DNA of 42,175 nucleotides from a candidate division WOR-3 bacterium (GTDB taxonomy: Bacteria; Hydrothermota; Tepidihabitantia; SM23-42; JAOAFX01): assembly GCA_039802145.1 (NCBI GenBank), contig JBDRWA010000003.1, forward strand, positions 1 through 42,175, given 5' to 3'. How positions within the stretch are numbered: the first letter of the stretch is position 1; each line of letters opens with the position of its first letter. Below, piece after piece: positions 10,292 to 20,053 of the stretch. The notes beneath the pieces were generated by a model. The model was not told where the DNA came from and searched no databases. It worked only from the letters and a program-made list of their open reading frames with translations. The translations under genes were made by a program, and so were the position numbers.

Positions 10292-11050
10292 TTATCTCAT
10301 ATAACTTCCGGCATTGATATCTATTGTACATCCTGTGGCATGGTCCATAAATCCACTTGCAAGGAACAATACCGCAGGTGCTACATCTTCAGGTGCAGTC
10401 AATTCATTTAAGGCAAGATTTTTAATAATACTATTGACACCAAATTTTTTTATGTAATCATCTATCATCCTGGTTTTTACAAAACCCGGAGCAACAACGA
10501 AGCATTTAATATTATCCTTCCCATATTCTTTGGCAATTGTTCTACTCAATGTAACTATTCCGCCTTTCGCAGCACCGTAAGCCCAGTGGTCCTTATCTTC
10601 CCCTCTAAATGCAGCACGAGACGCAATATTTATTATCCTTCCACCACCGGATTTTTGAAAATACTTCACCGCCTCACGGCACAACACGGCAACCGATGTA
10701 AGATTTATATTTATGGTTCTATTCCAATCCTTTAACCATCTTAATATTTTTCTACTAATTGGTGATGATTCATATATCCCGGCATTATTGACAATGGCAT
10801 CAAGCCTTTTATACTCTTTAACAACTTTGTTAATTAAAGAAGCACATTCTTCAGGTTTTGCAAGGTCTGCAAAGAATATTTTTGAATTGTTGCCAATCTC
10901 TCTGGCAAGTTGATTTGCTCTTTTTCTATCACTATAATAGTGGATCCCGATTGTCGCACCATATTCACCGAGCAATCTTACTATTGCTGAACCTATGCCA
11001 CCTGTTGCACCGGTGATTAGGATAACGTTTTTCTTAAGATCTATTACCAT
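10292..11050 (-). CDS. Short-chain dehydrogenase/reductase (FabG-like SDR)
   Basis: TGATGGIG, VNNAG, INIAS, YGAAK, APGFVKT. Confidence 0.93.
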   Translation of the reverse strand: MVIDLKKNVILITGATGGIGSAIVRLLGEYGATIGIHYYSDRKRANQLAREIGNNSKIFFADLAKPEECASLINKVVKEYKRLDAIVNNAGIYESSPISRKILRWLKDWNRTININLTSVAVLCREAVKYFQKSGGGRIINIASRAAFRGEDKDHWAYGAAKGGIVTLSRTIAKEYGKDNIKCFVVAPGFVKTRMIDDYIKKFGVNSIIKNLALNELTAPEDVAPAVLFLASGFMDHATGCTIDINAGSYMR

Positions 11051-11056
11051 TGATAA

Positions 11057-11084
11057 ATAATAATCAAAAAATCTTCGTAATCAA
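11057..11084 (-). promoter_or_regulatory. Promoter TTGATT-16-TATTAT, 6 nt upstream of the SDR ATG (leaderless)
   Basis: Read directly; no SD before ATG 11050. Confidence 0.6.
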
Positions 11085-11133
11085 GATGTGAATCTTTGCC
11101 GCGAAATACTTAATGTAAAAAAACAAAAAGATA

Positions 11134-11161
11134 TTGACTTTTCTTGAAAAATGGGTATAAT
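11134..11161 (+). promoter_or_regulatory. Promoter TTGACT-16-TATAAT, 7 nt upstream of the rplM ATG (leaderless)
   Basis: Read directly; no SD before ATG 11169. Confidence 0.75.
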
Positions 11162-11168
11162 TTTTGCT

Positions 11169-11597
11169 ATGAAAACAAAGGTCTTAAAGAAGAATGAGAT
11201 AAAGCGAAACTGGTATGTGGTCGACGCCCAAGGTAAAATACTGGGAAGAATGGCAACCAGGATTGCCAGGATTCTAATGGGTAAAGATAAGCCACAGTAT
11301 TCACCCCATGTTGATTGTGGGGATTATGTGGTTGTGCTCAATGCTGATAAATTTAAGGTCACGGGCAATAAGCTCGAGGATAAGATTTATTATCGACATT
11401 CTTTTTATCTCGGTGGCTTGAAGGCGATTAATCTAAAACTTATGCTTGAAAAGAATCCCCAAAAGGTGCTCTATCATGCGGTCAGCGGAATGCTGCCAAA
11501 GAATAAATTCCGAGCACGAAGGCTTAAAAGATTGAAAATTTATCTTGGAACTGAGCACCCTCATAAGGCACAATCACCAAGGGAAATTAAGGTGTAG
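11169..11597 (+). CDS. rplM: 50S ribosomal protein L13
   Basis: MKT..RNWYVVDAQGKILGRMAT, GKDKPQYSPHVDCGD, GMLPKN. Start moved from 11151, which lies inside the promoter. Confidence 0.97.
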   Translation: MKTKVLKKNEIKRNWYVVDAQGKILGRMATRIARILMGKDKPQYSPHVDCGDYVVVLNADKFKVTGNKLEDKIYYRHSFYLGGLKAINLKLMLEKNPQKVLYHAVSGMLPKNKFRARRLKRLKIYLGTEHPHKAQSPREIKV

Positions 11598-11608
11598 GAG
11601 GTTTATTG

Positions 11609-11992
11609 ATGGAATCAATCTTCACCGGTTCACGTAAGAGGAGTGTAGCAAAAATAAGATTATTCCCTGGCAAAGGGATTATAAAAATAAACGGTAAAGA
11701 CCCTATTAAATATTTCTGTCGCCAAGATCTTGTTGATCTTGTAAATCTTCCGCTAATCACCGCAGGTGTGAAGGGAGCGGTAGATATCTATGCAAAGGTT
11801 TCAGGTGGTGGAGTTTCGGGTCAGGCAGGTGCGGTTAGCTTAGGGATTGCCAAGGCGCTCGTCAATTTCAATCCCGAGCTGAGACCAACACTAAAAAGTG
11901 CCGGATTATTGAAAAGGGACCCGCGGGAAAAAGAACGGATGAAATATGGACTGGCAAAGAGGCGCAAAAGATTCCAGTTCTCCAAACGTTAA
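11609..11992 (+). CDS. rpsI: 30S ribosomal protein S9
   Basis: GSRKRSVA, SGGGVSGQAGA, RDPREKERMKYGL, QFSKR; AGGAGG RBS. Confidence 0.97.
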   Translation: MESIFTGSRKRSVAKIRLFPGKGIIKINGKDPIKYFCRQDLVDLVNLPLITAGVKGAVDIYAKVSGGGVSGQAGAVSLGIAKALVNFNPELRPTLKSAGLLKRDPREKERMKYGLAKRRKRFQFSKR

Positions 11993-12007
11993 AGCGAAGG
12001 AGGTATT

Positions 12008-12715
12008 TTGGAGATAGTTACAATGCAGGAATTGATAAGTACCGGAATACATTTTGGACATAGAACAAAGCGTTGGAATCCCAAGATGGCTAAATATATT
12101 TTCGGGAAAAAGAATGGAGTCCATATCATTGATCTGCGTCAGACCCTTGAAAGTCTTAAAAAAGCCTATGAAACAACGGTTCGTATTGCTGAACAAGGCA
12201 AAGGGATATTATATATCGGAACCAAAAAACAGGCACGGGATGTTATAAAAGAAGAGGCATTAAGGGCAGGTGCATTCTATATCACTGAACGCTGGCTTGG
12301 TGGTTTACTTACAAATTTCAACACATTATATACCAGAGTTCAGAGATTGAGAGAACTGGAGCAGATGAAAGAAGATGGACGTTGGTCAATGTTGCCAAAA
12401 AAGGAACTTGTTCGTTATGAACGCGAATTTACGAAATTATCAAAGTATTTTGAAGGGATAAAAGAAATGGACAGGCTTCCGGGGCTGGTATTTATCGTTG
12501 ATGTAATAAAAGATGCTACCGCGGTGAAAGAAGCGAAGAAGGTAGGCATTCCGATAATTGCAATAGTAGACACAAATACCGATCCTACCGATGTAGATTA
12601 CCCAATTCCTGGAAACGATGATTCACTCAGGGCGATTTCACTTGTTGCAAAGATCATTTCTAATGCGGTCCTTGAAGGTAGAAAAGGTTTTGAAACCGAA
12701 GAAAAGGAGGCATAA
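12008..12715 (+). CDS. rpsB: 30S ribosomal protein S2
   Basis: GIHFGHRTKRWNPKM, RWLGGLLTN, IPGNDDS; TTG start with AAGGAGG. Confidence 0.97.
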   Translation: MEIVTMQELISTGIHFGHRTKRWNPKMAKYIFGKKNGVHIIDLRQTLESLKKAYETTVRIAEQGKGILYIGTKKQARDVIKEEALRAGAFYITERWLGGLLTNFNTLYTRVQRLRELEQMKEDGRWSMLPKKELVRYEREFTKLSKYFEGIKEMDRLPGLVFIVDVIKDATAVKEAKKVGIPIIAIVDTNTDPTDVDYPIPGNDDSLRAISLVAKIISNAVLEGRKGFETEEKEA

Positions 12716-13303
12716 ATGGATACCGAAAAAATCAGGGAGTTAAGGGAGAGGACCGGTGCAGGTATTGTTGATTGTAAAGATGCCTTGATGCAGGCAAATG
12801 GAGATATAGAACAGGCAGTTGATATTTTGAGAAAGAAAGGAGTTGCCCTTGCGGCAAAAAAGGTAGGCAGAATTACAAAAGAAGGCATTATTGATGCCTA
12901 TATTCATCCCGGTGATCGATTAGGAGTGCTTGTTGAGGTGAACTGTGAAACAGATTTTGTTGCCCGCAATCAGGATTTTCGTAGGTTTGTTCATGATATT
13001 GCATTGCAGATCGCCGCAAGCGAACCACTGGTAGTCAGTCGTGAGGAATTAACCCCGGAAATAATTGAAAAGGAAAAAGAGATATACCGGAGTCAGATGC
13101 AGGATGTGAAAAAACCGCCCGAAATAATAGAAAAGATTATTGAAGGTAAGATGGAGAAGTTTTATAACTCTGTCTGCCTTTTAGAACAGCCTTTTGTAAA
13201 AATTCCAGAAAAGACCGTTGGTGACTATTTGAAAGAACAGATTGCAAAATTCGGCGAAAATATTGTCATCAGAAGATTTGTTCGTTTTCGCCTCGGTGAG
13301 TAA
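12716..13303 (+). CDS. tsf: Translation elongation factor Ts (short, about 195 aa type)
   Basis: LRERTGAGIVDCKDAL, EVNCETDFVA, LLEQPFVK. Confidence 0.96.
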   Translation: MDTEKIRELRERTGAGIVDCKDALMQANGDIEQAVDILRKKGVALAAKKVGRITKEGIIDAYIHPGDRLGVLVEVNCETDFVARNQDFRRFVHDIALQIAASEPLVVSREELTPEIIEKEKEIYRSQMQDVKKPPEIIEKIIEGKMEKFYNSVCLLEQPFVKIPEKTVGDYLKEQIAKFGENIVIRRFVRFRLGE

Positions 13304-14003
13304 AGACAAGATAAAATACAAAAGAATTCTTTTGAAAATATCCGGTGAAATACTCGGACAGGATGATGAAGTTATAACACCGAGAATATTGCATTATATC
13401 ACTGAACAAATCCTTTCAGTTTATAAACTTGGTGTTAAAATTGCTGTCGTGGTGGGTGGTGGAAATATCATAAGAGGTAAAGAGGTTTCCTGGTTAAGCC
13501 CGGTGGAGGCAGATTTATGTGGGATGGTCGCAACGGTAATAAATGGTATGGCACTTTGTTCCATACTGAAAAAAAAGATAGATAATGTCTATTTACGCAG
13601 CAGTTTTGAAGTAACGGGATTTGTAGAAAGTTTCCACAAAATAGAAGACCAGACGATTTATAACCAGGGCGGGGTAATAATTCTTGTTGGTGGAACAGGC
13701 AATCCTTTATTTACCACTGATACTGCCGCAGCACTTCGAGCAGTTGAACTATCTTCAGAATTACTTATAAAAGGGACAAAGGTTGAAGGGGTATATTCAT
13801 CCGATCCCCAAAAAAATAAAAATGCAAAATTTTATCGTAAATTGAGATTTCAGGAAGCGATTAAAAAAAATTTAAATGTTATGGATATCACAGCATTTAG
13901 GATCTGCAAGGACGCAAATATTCCTATCTATGTTTATAATCTTATGAAATATCCTCTCAAAAAGATTATTTATGGAGAGGCGGTGGGTACTCTTGTCTAT
14001 TGA
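13296..14003 (+). CDS. pyrH: UMP kinase
   Basis: RILLKISGE, VVGGGNI, GGTGNPLFTTDTAAALRA, GVYSSDP; GTG start at 13296 overlapping the tsf end. Confidence 0.95.
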   Translation: MSKDKIKYKRILLKISGEILGQDDEVITPRILHYITEQILSVYKLGVKIAVVVGGGNIIRGKEVSWLSPVEADLCGMVATVINGMALCSILKKKIDNVYLRSSFEVTGFVESFHKIEDQTIYNQGGVIILVGGTGNPLFTTDTAAALRAVELSSELLIKGTKVEGVYSSDPQKNKNAKFYRKLRFQEAIKKNLNVMDITAFRICKDANIPIYVYNLMKYPLKKIIYGEAVGTLVY

Positions 14004-14021
14004 AAGTTTCAGGAGGATTTT

Positions 14022-14579
14022 ATGATAGAAAAAATCAAAAATGATGCGCGTCAGAAGATGGAGAAATCCATAAGCCTTTTAAATCAAGAATTTGCAAAGA
14101 TAAGGACCGGTCGGGCAACGCCTGCACTCCTTGATGGTGTAAAGGTTGAGTATTATGATAGCCTTTTGCCATTGAATCAGGTTGCCAGTATCAACATCCC
14201 TGAGCCCAGATTGATTGTGATCCAACCCTGGGATAAACAGGCACTTTCTGCGATTGAGAAGGCGATATATAAGGCAGATATTGGTTTAACACCGAATAAT
14301 GATGGAAATGTGATCAGACTCACCTTGCCACCCTTGACCGCGGAAAGAAGAGAAGAACTTGTGAAGCTCACCCAGAAACTCGCTGAAGAATGCAGGGTGG
14401 CAATAAGAAACATTAGAAGGGATGCAAATAATGAGTTGAAAAAAACAGAAAAGGAAAAAAAGATTTCTGAAGACGATTCATTTAAAGCGCAGGAATCAAT
14501 CCAGAAAATGACCGATGAGTACATAAAAAAAGTTGATGAAATACTCAAGAAAAAAGAAAAAGAGATCAGAGAAGTTTAA
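14022..14579 (+). CDS. frr: Ribosome recycling factor
   Basis: IRTGRATP, PLNQVASI, LTAERREEL, AIRNIRRDAN; AGGAGG RBS. Confidence 0.97.
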   Translation: MIEKIKNDARQKMEKSISLLNQEFAKIRTGRATPALLDGVKVEYYDSLLPLNQVASINIPEPRLIVIQPWDKQALSAIEKAIYKADIGLTPNNDGNVIRLTLPPLTAERREELVKLTQKLAEECRVAIRNIRRDANNELKKTEKEKKISEDDSFKAQESIQKMTDEYIKKVDEILKKKEKEIREV

Positions 14580-15257
14580 CTAATCAAATAGCCGATAAAA
14601 AAACACCATACCTATTCCTGAATGGTTTAAAACTGCGCTTGGATTATTATGATTTTCAGGTCCAATATATATATATTCCATTTCCTCGTTGTAATATAAA
14701 TAACCATCTTTATTGAAAAACTGGTCATTTAATAGATAATTATAACAAATTTCTAATTTGAATTTTTTAAATTCCCTGCTTAACCCCACGAACAAACCTA
14801 CATCATTGCTTGTAAAAATTTTTGGATATGCATCGTCCATTTCATAATTGCTCTGAGCATCAATGTTCAATTTTGTACATGAGATCTCAAACCCACTTAT
14901 AAAGCTTACTGGACCTATATTGAGATTAAATTTAATGTCAATCGGTATACGGTCGTATTTCCACTCTTCTTTTAGATTCAGCGTATCAGTGAGACTATGG
15001 TATGTGAATTCACCGCTATTCTTATCCCTGAAATAGTAAACTGAAAGACTGGCTGAAAAATTTTCAATCTTCATAAATTCTAATTCTAAGGTTGGTGAAT
15101 ACAAGAAATTATTAAATCTGCCTAAATCCCCATTCCAGCCAAGCATTGATGCCCGGTTTTCGAGAAATTGGAAATGTTTATTAAAATGACCAATTGTGCA
15201 ATAATTTATCTTTAATCCAATATAAAATGGGAGAAAACCGATAAGAAAGAAAATCAT
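14580..15257 (-). CDS. Hypothetical protein, possible outer-membrane beta-barrel
   Basis: Alternating aromatic/polar beta-like segments, C-terminal GIGMVFFYRLF; ATGA-coupled to the upstream gene. Confidence 0.5.
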   Translation of the reverse strand: MIFFLIGFLPFYIGLKINYCTIGHFNKHFQFLENRASMLGWNGDLGRFNNFLYSPTLELEFMKIENFSASLSVYYFRDKNSGEFTYHSLTDTLNLKEEWKYDRIPIDIKFNLNIGPVSFISGFEISCTKLNIDAQSNYEMDDAYPKIFTSNDVGLFVGLSREFKKFKLEICYNYLLNDQFFNKDGYLYYNEEMEYIYIGPENHNNPSAVLNHSGIGMVFFYRLFD

Positions 15258-16237
15258 GGTGGTAAAGGTGTATCAGAAAAAGATAATAGAGTAGATTCCT
15301 TTTCAAGGTCGTCACTAAATGAGATAAGAAATCTTTTATCATTGACCACTGCGATTACGGGTAATTCTGAGATAGATGCAAAATTATGGACTATGCCCAT
15401 AGAGATATCATATACCTTGCCGTCGGCATATAATTTAAATGCATTTACATTTAACCCATCTGAATAGAAAAGCAAGAGCCCATCCTCAATTCCCGCAATC
15501 GTTGCCGCACTATAATTTCCATGGTATAACTCAATCCAGTTTGTCCAATCTTGAGACATTAAAATTCGCTTCTGGATTAAAAGATAAAGTCTTTGTTTTT
15601 TATCCATCGCAAAACCACTTATTAGGTCGGTTTCTAAGGTATAAAGAGTATCCCATCGAAGACCTTGATCGATTGAACAAAATAGAAAATGCGTGGTTGC
15701 TACAAATAGTTCTCCGGATTCTTTGACAGAAAGATTTATGATTTTTTCTGAACTACTTAATATTGTATCAATGTCAACGCCTGCAATATCAGATTTCAAT
15801 AAAATACTGTTACCCGCGAGATAAAATATTGATGTATCCAAGGGTGAGAATGAAAGGTGTTCAATTTGTTCAATATCTGGAAAGGAAATTATTTTTATCA
15901 CTCCGTCCATACTACAATAATAAACCTCTCTATTATCAGTTCCAATGAGCAATCGCTGGGGAGTATTAAAAGAAGATGCAATAACTGTGGAGGCTCTATA
16001 TGGATAGGTAATCGGCAATCGTTTTATGATAGAGTCCTGAAGGATATATATATTGTACTGACTGCCGATGAAAAATTCGTTTCTGTTAATTTTTGATGCC
16101 TCTATGTGGTAAATCAAATCCTCAAAATTAATTTTCTTCCAGCAATCTTCAAATTCGTCACCAAGCGGAACAAAGTGCCCATAATAATCAGTGCAGGCAA
16201 TAAAAAGCAAAATTATGAGCAGATGTTTTTTTTTCAT
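15254..16237 (-). CDS. Hypothetical lipoprotein, probable beta-propeller (BNR/Asp-box-like)
   Basis: Lipobox LFIAC; SIDQGLRWD Asp-box-like motif; repeated short beta-strand pattern. Confidence 0.6.
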   Translation of the reverse strand: MKKKHLLIILLFIACTDYYGHFVPLGDEFEDCWKKINFEDLIYHIEASKINRNEFFIGSQYNIYILQDSIIKRLPITYPYRASTVIASSFNTPQRLLIGTDNREVYYCSMDGVIKIISFPDIEQIEHLSFSPLDTSIFYLAGNSILLKSDIAGVDIDTILSSSEKIINLSVKESGELFVATTHFLFCSIDQGLRWDTLYTLETDLISGFAMDKKQRLYLLIQKRILMSQDWTNWIELYHGNYSAATIAGIEDGLLLFYSDGLNVNAFKLYADGKVYDISMGIVHNFASISELPVIAVVNDKRFLISFSDDLEKESTLLSFSDTPLPP

Positions 16238-16773
16238 CTTAAATCAAGATATAAAATTCTAAAACATAATTTGGGGGAATCCGACTCCATCAGCGTATCT
16301 TTATTATTATCTTTGATTTCTAAAGGTACTGAGTTATGTCCTGAGACTGCACCGATTATTGGGAAAGGCAGTACAAAAAGCCCTGCCCAGTATTTTGCAT
16401 CTTTAGAAATATGTGAGGAGATGAGAATCGTGCATAAGCCGAGTTGTACCCCAATAAGGCTATTTTTTATTGCTTTAACAAAAGATTTTCTTGAATGATT
16501 TTTATTATAAGGGCTGAAATGGATAAAAGAAGATGCGCAGATGGGCATTCCTATGGTATAACCGAACAAATAACCAAGTTCCTGAGTAAAATTTTCAGAA
16601 TAGTGATTTATTGTGGAAAGAGAAAAAAATGTAATATAAGCAGCTGAGACGAATCCAACTGTCCCACCAATAAATCCATGGATTCCATCTACAAAATAAT
16701 TGTGGTCTCTTACAATTACTGAATCAATAGAATTGATGCTTAAACTCACTATTGAAAGAATCAAAACAATCAT
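16234..16773 (-). CDS. Hypothetical membrane or exported protein with Gly-rich hydrophobic helices
   Basis: Start reassigned to ATG 16773, directly downstream of a promoter. The track's TTG at 16890 lies upstream of that promoter. Confidence 0.6.
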   Translation of the reverse strand: MIVLILSIVSLSINSIDSVIVRDHNYFVDGIHGFIGGTVGFVSAAYITFFSLSTINHYSENFTQELGYLFGYTIGMPICASSFIHFSPYNKNHSRKSFVKAIKNSLIGVQLGLCTILISSHISKDAKYWAGLFVLPFPIIGAVSGHNSVPLEIKDNNKDTLMESDSPKLCFRILYLDLR

Positions 16774-16781
16774 TTCTTCAA

Positions 16782-16809
16782 ATTCTATATAACTATTCCC
16801 ATATGTCAA
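16782..16809 (-). promoter_or_regulatory. Promoter TTGACA-16-TAGAAT, 8 nt upstream of ATG 16773 (leaderless)
   Basis: Read directly. Confidence 0.7.
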
Positions 16810-16910
16810 CACACTTTGCGGACTTTTAAAAATAAATTCATAATCTATAAGTACTTCTCTAACTAAACCCAATTTACTATTATTTGTCAAAATTTTTAGT
16901 AGGAGGTAAA

Positions 16911-17216
16911 ATGCCCAAATTTTGGGATGACTTTTCGCGCTGGCTTGAGGATGCTTCTAAGGTTCTGAGCAAGGAAGCAGGCGATCTGACGATGAAGGGT
17001 AAATTGAAAATAGAAATCTTTGAACTCAAGAGGCAGTTGCAGGAATTATTCAGGGAGCTCGGACAGACATTCTATGGCTTTTTCCCTTTGAAGGGAAATG
17101 AAGATTTTAAAAACGAGCAAAAAATTAAACATCTTGTTCAAAAAATAAAACGCATCAAGAACGAAATAACAAAAAAAGAGACCGAATACAAAAAGATAGG
17201 TCAGAAGAATAAATAA
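16911..17216 (+). CDS. Small coiled-coil hypothetical protein, first gene of the heat-shock operon
   Basis: AGGAGG at 16901 before ATG 16911; helical, K/E-rich sequence. Confidence 0.75.
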   Translation: MPKFWDDFSRWLEDASKVLSKEAGDLTMKGKLKIEIFELKRQLQELFRELGQTFYGFFPLKGNEDFKNEQKIKHLVQKIKRIKNEITKKETEYKKIGQKNK

Positions 17217-17240
17217 TAAATAACCGAAAGGAGGTTAACT

Positions 17241-17690
17241 ATGGCAGATAAACTGATAAAAAGATGGGACCCATTCAGGGAATTGATGTCTTTAAGAGAC
17301 GATATGGATAGGTTATTCAACGCATTCTTTGGTAAACCAATTGCTGAAGAAAGTGAAGGAATATGGATTCCAGTGATTGATATTGAAGAAGATAATGAAA
17401 ATTTCATTGTAAGTGCTGAACTTCCTGGTTTGAAAAAAGAAGATGTTAAGATTTCGGTCAGGGGCAATCTGCTTACCATCTCCGGTGAAAGAAAACAGGA
17501 ATCAGAGACAAAAAACAAGACCTATCATCGGGTTGAAAGAATGTATGGAAAATTCTCAAGGACAATAACATTACCGAGCGAAGTTGATGTCAATAAGATA
17601 AAGGCGGTATATAAAGATGGTGTGCTCCACATTACCCTGCCTAAGCCTGAAACAATGAAGCCTAAAGAGATTGAGGTTGAAATAAAATAG
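17241..17690 (+). CDS. Small heat-shock protein, Hsp20/alpha-crystallin family
   Basis: WDPFREL, PVIDIEE, ELPGLKKEDV, ERMYGKFSRTITLP, AVYKDGVLHITLPK. Confidence 0.96.
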   Translation: MADKLIKRWDPFRELMSLRDDMDRLFNAFFGKPIAEESEGIWIPVIDIEEDNENFIVSAELPGLKKEDVKISVRGNLLTISGERKQESETKNKTYHRVERMYGKFSRTITLPSEVDVNKIKAVYKDGVLHITLPKPETMKPKEIEVEIK

Positions 17691-17698
17691 AGGTGACA

Positions 17699-19189
17699 AT
17701 GGAAGCTAAGATCTCATTAAAATCCGCAGGGATTATTGCTGGAGTTGCTGCGATTGTTGCCTTCTTATTCGGGTTGATTATTAGTACAGGGATTCCTGGT
17801 ATTTCAAACAAAACCGAAGCAAGTCAGGGCACGGTTGGATTAAACCCAATCGTTACCGAACAAGGAGAGAGTCCTTTTACAAGGGTTGCAGAGATGGTAT
17901 CACCCGCAGTTGTAAATATCTCAGCGGAAAGGACCGTGAAGACCGGGTTTGAAGATTTTGAATGGAATTTCCGTGGTCCGTTTGAAGACTTCTTCCGTGA
18001 TTTCTTCAAAAATTTTCCTCGTGGCGATACCAAAACCAAAACACTCGGCTCTGGATTTATTATCTCTGAAGATGGCTATGTGGTAACAAATCACCATGTC
18101 ATAAAGAATGCGACAAATATAATAATTCGGCTTACAAACAAAAAAGAATACAAAGGCAATGATGTCAAGATAATCGGTTCTGATTCACGGACTGATGTGG
18201 CTCTGTTAAAAATAGAGACAAAAGAAAGACTTCCTTACTTAAAATTTGGTGATTCTGATAAAATTAAAGTTGGCGACTGGGTAATGGCTGTTGGCAATCC
18301 TTTCAATCTTGAAGGAACGGTTACCGTCGGTGTGATATCAGCAAAAGGCAGGAGTCATATTCCATTGAGCGAAGGACCGGATTTACAGAATTTTTTGCAG
18401 ACAGATGCGGCGATAAATCCTGGTAATTCAGGAGGTCCATTATTAAACCTTCAAGGTGAAGTAATAGGCATTAATACGGCAATTACATCAACAAGTGGTG
18501 GTAATATCGGAATTGGTTTTGCGATACCTATAAATCTCGCAAAGAATATTATTGAAGAACTGAAGTCAAAAGGTAAGGTTACAAGAGGTTATCTTGGCGT
18601 ATATCTTGAAGATTTGACCGAGGATATGAAGAATGCCTTGAATCTTTCATCCCTTGATGGGGTTATGATTAATGAGGTAATTGCTAATTCACCTGCCGAC
18701 AATGCTGGAATAAAAGAAGGTGATGTGATTATTGAATATGATGGGAAGAAGGTGACTGATGTCCAGTCATTCAGAATTATGGTTGCATCAACGACTCCTG
18801 GCAGGACAGTAAGGTTAAAATTGATAAGGAATGGGAAGGAAATGGATTTGAAAGTGAAGATTGGTGAAATGAAGGAAGAGGTTGCTGGTGTGGTTGGAGA
18901 AAAACAGGGGGCTGAACTTGGTTTGCAAGTTGTGGATATTGACAGTCCTGATGCAAAAGTATATAATATTAGCGCTAAAAAAGGGGTTGTCGTGACGAAT
19001 GTTGAATCCGATTCTCCTGCTGGTAATGCTGGACTACAAACTGGCGATGTCATCATTAGTATAGACAACAAGAAGATTGATGATATATCTGATTTCAAGA
19101 AGGCAGTAAAGGAATTAAAGAAGGGAAAGCCAGTGATCTTCCAGATTCAACGAGGTGAGAGAAAAAGGTATGTAGCAGTGACACCATAG
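17699..19189 (+). CDS. degP: DegP/DegQ (HtrA, Do) serine endoprotease with two PDZ domains
   Basis: LGSGFII, TNHHV, TDVAL, QTDAAINPGNSGGPL, two PDZ repeats; GAGGTG RBS before ATG 17699. Confidence 0.93.
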   Translation: MEAKISLKSAGIIAGVAAIVAFLFGLIISTGIPGISNKTEASQGTVGLNPIVTEQGESPFTRVAEMVSPAVVNISAERTVKTGFEDFEWNFRGPFEDFFRDFFKNFPRGDTKTKTLGSGFIISEDGYVVTNHHVIKNATNIIIRLTNKKEYKGNDVKIIGSDSRTDVALLKIETKERLPYLKFGDSDKIKVGDWVMAVGNPFNLEGTVTVGVISAKGRSHIPLSEGPDLQNFLQTDAAINPGNSGGPLLNLQGEVIGINTAITSTSGGNIGIGFAIPINLAKNIIEELKSKGKVTRGYLGVYLEDLTEDMKNALNLSSLDGVMINEVIANSPADNAGIKEGDVIIEYDGKKVTDVQSFRIMVASTTPGRTVRLKLIRNGKEMDLKVKIGEMKEEVAGVVGEKQGAELGLQVVDIDSPDAKVYNISAKKGVVVTNVESDSPAGNAGLQTGDVIISIDNKKIDDISDFKKAVKELKKGKPVIFQIQRGERKRYVAVTP

Positions 19190-19193
19190 ATTG

Positions 19194-20033
19194 ATGAGGA
19201 TACCGAAACGGGTAACAGAAAGGGGGTTGAAGCAATTTATAGAGGAAATTAGCAAATATCCGCTTCTTTCAAAAGATGAAGAATTTGAACTCGCACGCAG
19301 AATAAGAGAAAAAAAAGACAGCGCAGCAAAAGAAAAATTAATACTCTCAAATCTGAGGAATGTCATTCATATATGCAAAAATTTTCAGGATTATGGGTTG
19401 GGTTTGAGTGAACTGATAAATGCAGGAACGCAGGGATTGATCCATGCTATAGAGAAATTTGATGAAAGAAAAGGGTATAGATTGAGTACATATGCAACCT
19501 GGTGGATAAAGCGAGAAATTTACAAGGCAATATTCTCCGACCAAGAGCTTATCCCCAAGAGCCATCTGGCAAGACGCATAAAGATGTTCATTCCAAATTT
19601 TGTCCAGGAACATGGGCGCGAACCAACAATTCAAGAAATTGCAAAACACTTTAAAGTTTCAATCCATCAGGTCTCAAATGCCATGACGGAATTACTACCG
19701 ATGCTTTCGCTGGATGAAGCACAGGCAGATGAAGATGCCGGTCCTTTTATAGAAACTTTATCCATTGAGCAGTCTGCTGCGGAAAAATTTGTTTTGCCTT
19801 CGCCCGAAGAAATTTTAAAACAAAAACAGGAGACAGAACGAATTCAGCAGGTATTAAAAAGACTTTCACCAAGGGAAAAAGAGATAATCGAGAGGAACTT
19901 TGGGCTCGGAGATTTTGAAGCCCAGAGCCTTGAAGAAATAAGCAGGTTGATGAATATCACAAAGGAGAGGGTGAGACAGATAAGGGATAATGCATTGAAG
20001 AAATTGCGTTTGATTCTGCCACGGATAAAATAA
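19194..20033 (+). CDS. Alternative sigma-70 family factor (regions 1.2-4, no 1.1)
   Basis: YPLLSKDEEFELA, LILSNLR, GLIHAIEKFDERKGYRLSTYATWWI, GREPT, SLEEISRLMNITKERVRQI. Confidence 0.92.
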   Translation: MRIPKRVTERGLKQFIEEISKYPLLSKDEEFELARRIREKKDSAAKEKLILSNLRNVIHICKNFQDYGLGLSELINAGTQGLIHAIEKFDERKGYRLSTYATWWIKREIYKAIFSDQELIPKSHLARRIKMFIPNFVQEHGREPTIQEIAKHFKVSIHQVSNAMTELLPMLSLDEAQADEDAGPFIETLSIEQSAAEKFVLPSPEEILKQKQETERIQQVLKRLSPREKEIIERNFGLGDFEAQSLEEISRLMNITKERVRQIRDNALKKLRLILPRIK

Positions 20034-20053
20034 TTACTAAAATCAGCGGTTAA

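Noticed and set aside
11151-11168. Track start for rplM at 11151
   Set aside because: Lies within the promoter spacer/-10; L13 homology begins at MKT (11169).
16810-16900. CIRCE or sigma32 promoter upstream of the hsp20 operon
   Set aside because: No TTAGCACTC-N9-GAGTGCTAA and no convincing CTTGAA/CCCCAT pair; only a weak TTGCGG-17-CATAAT.
16774-16910. N-terminal extensions of ORFs 16234..16890 and 16884..17216, and a minus-strand TTGACA at 16885-16890
   Set aside because: The extensions cover the divergent promoter region, and better starts exist at 16773 and 16911. The TTGACA has no good -10 at 16 bp.
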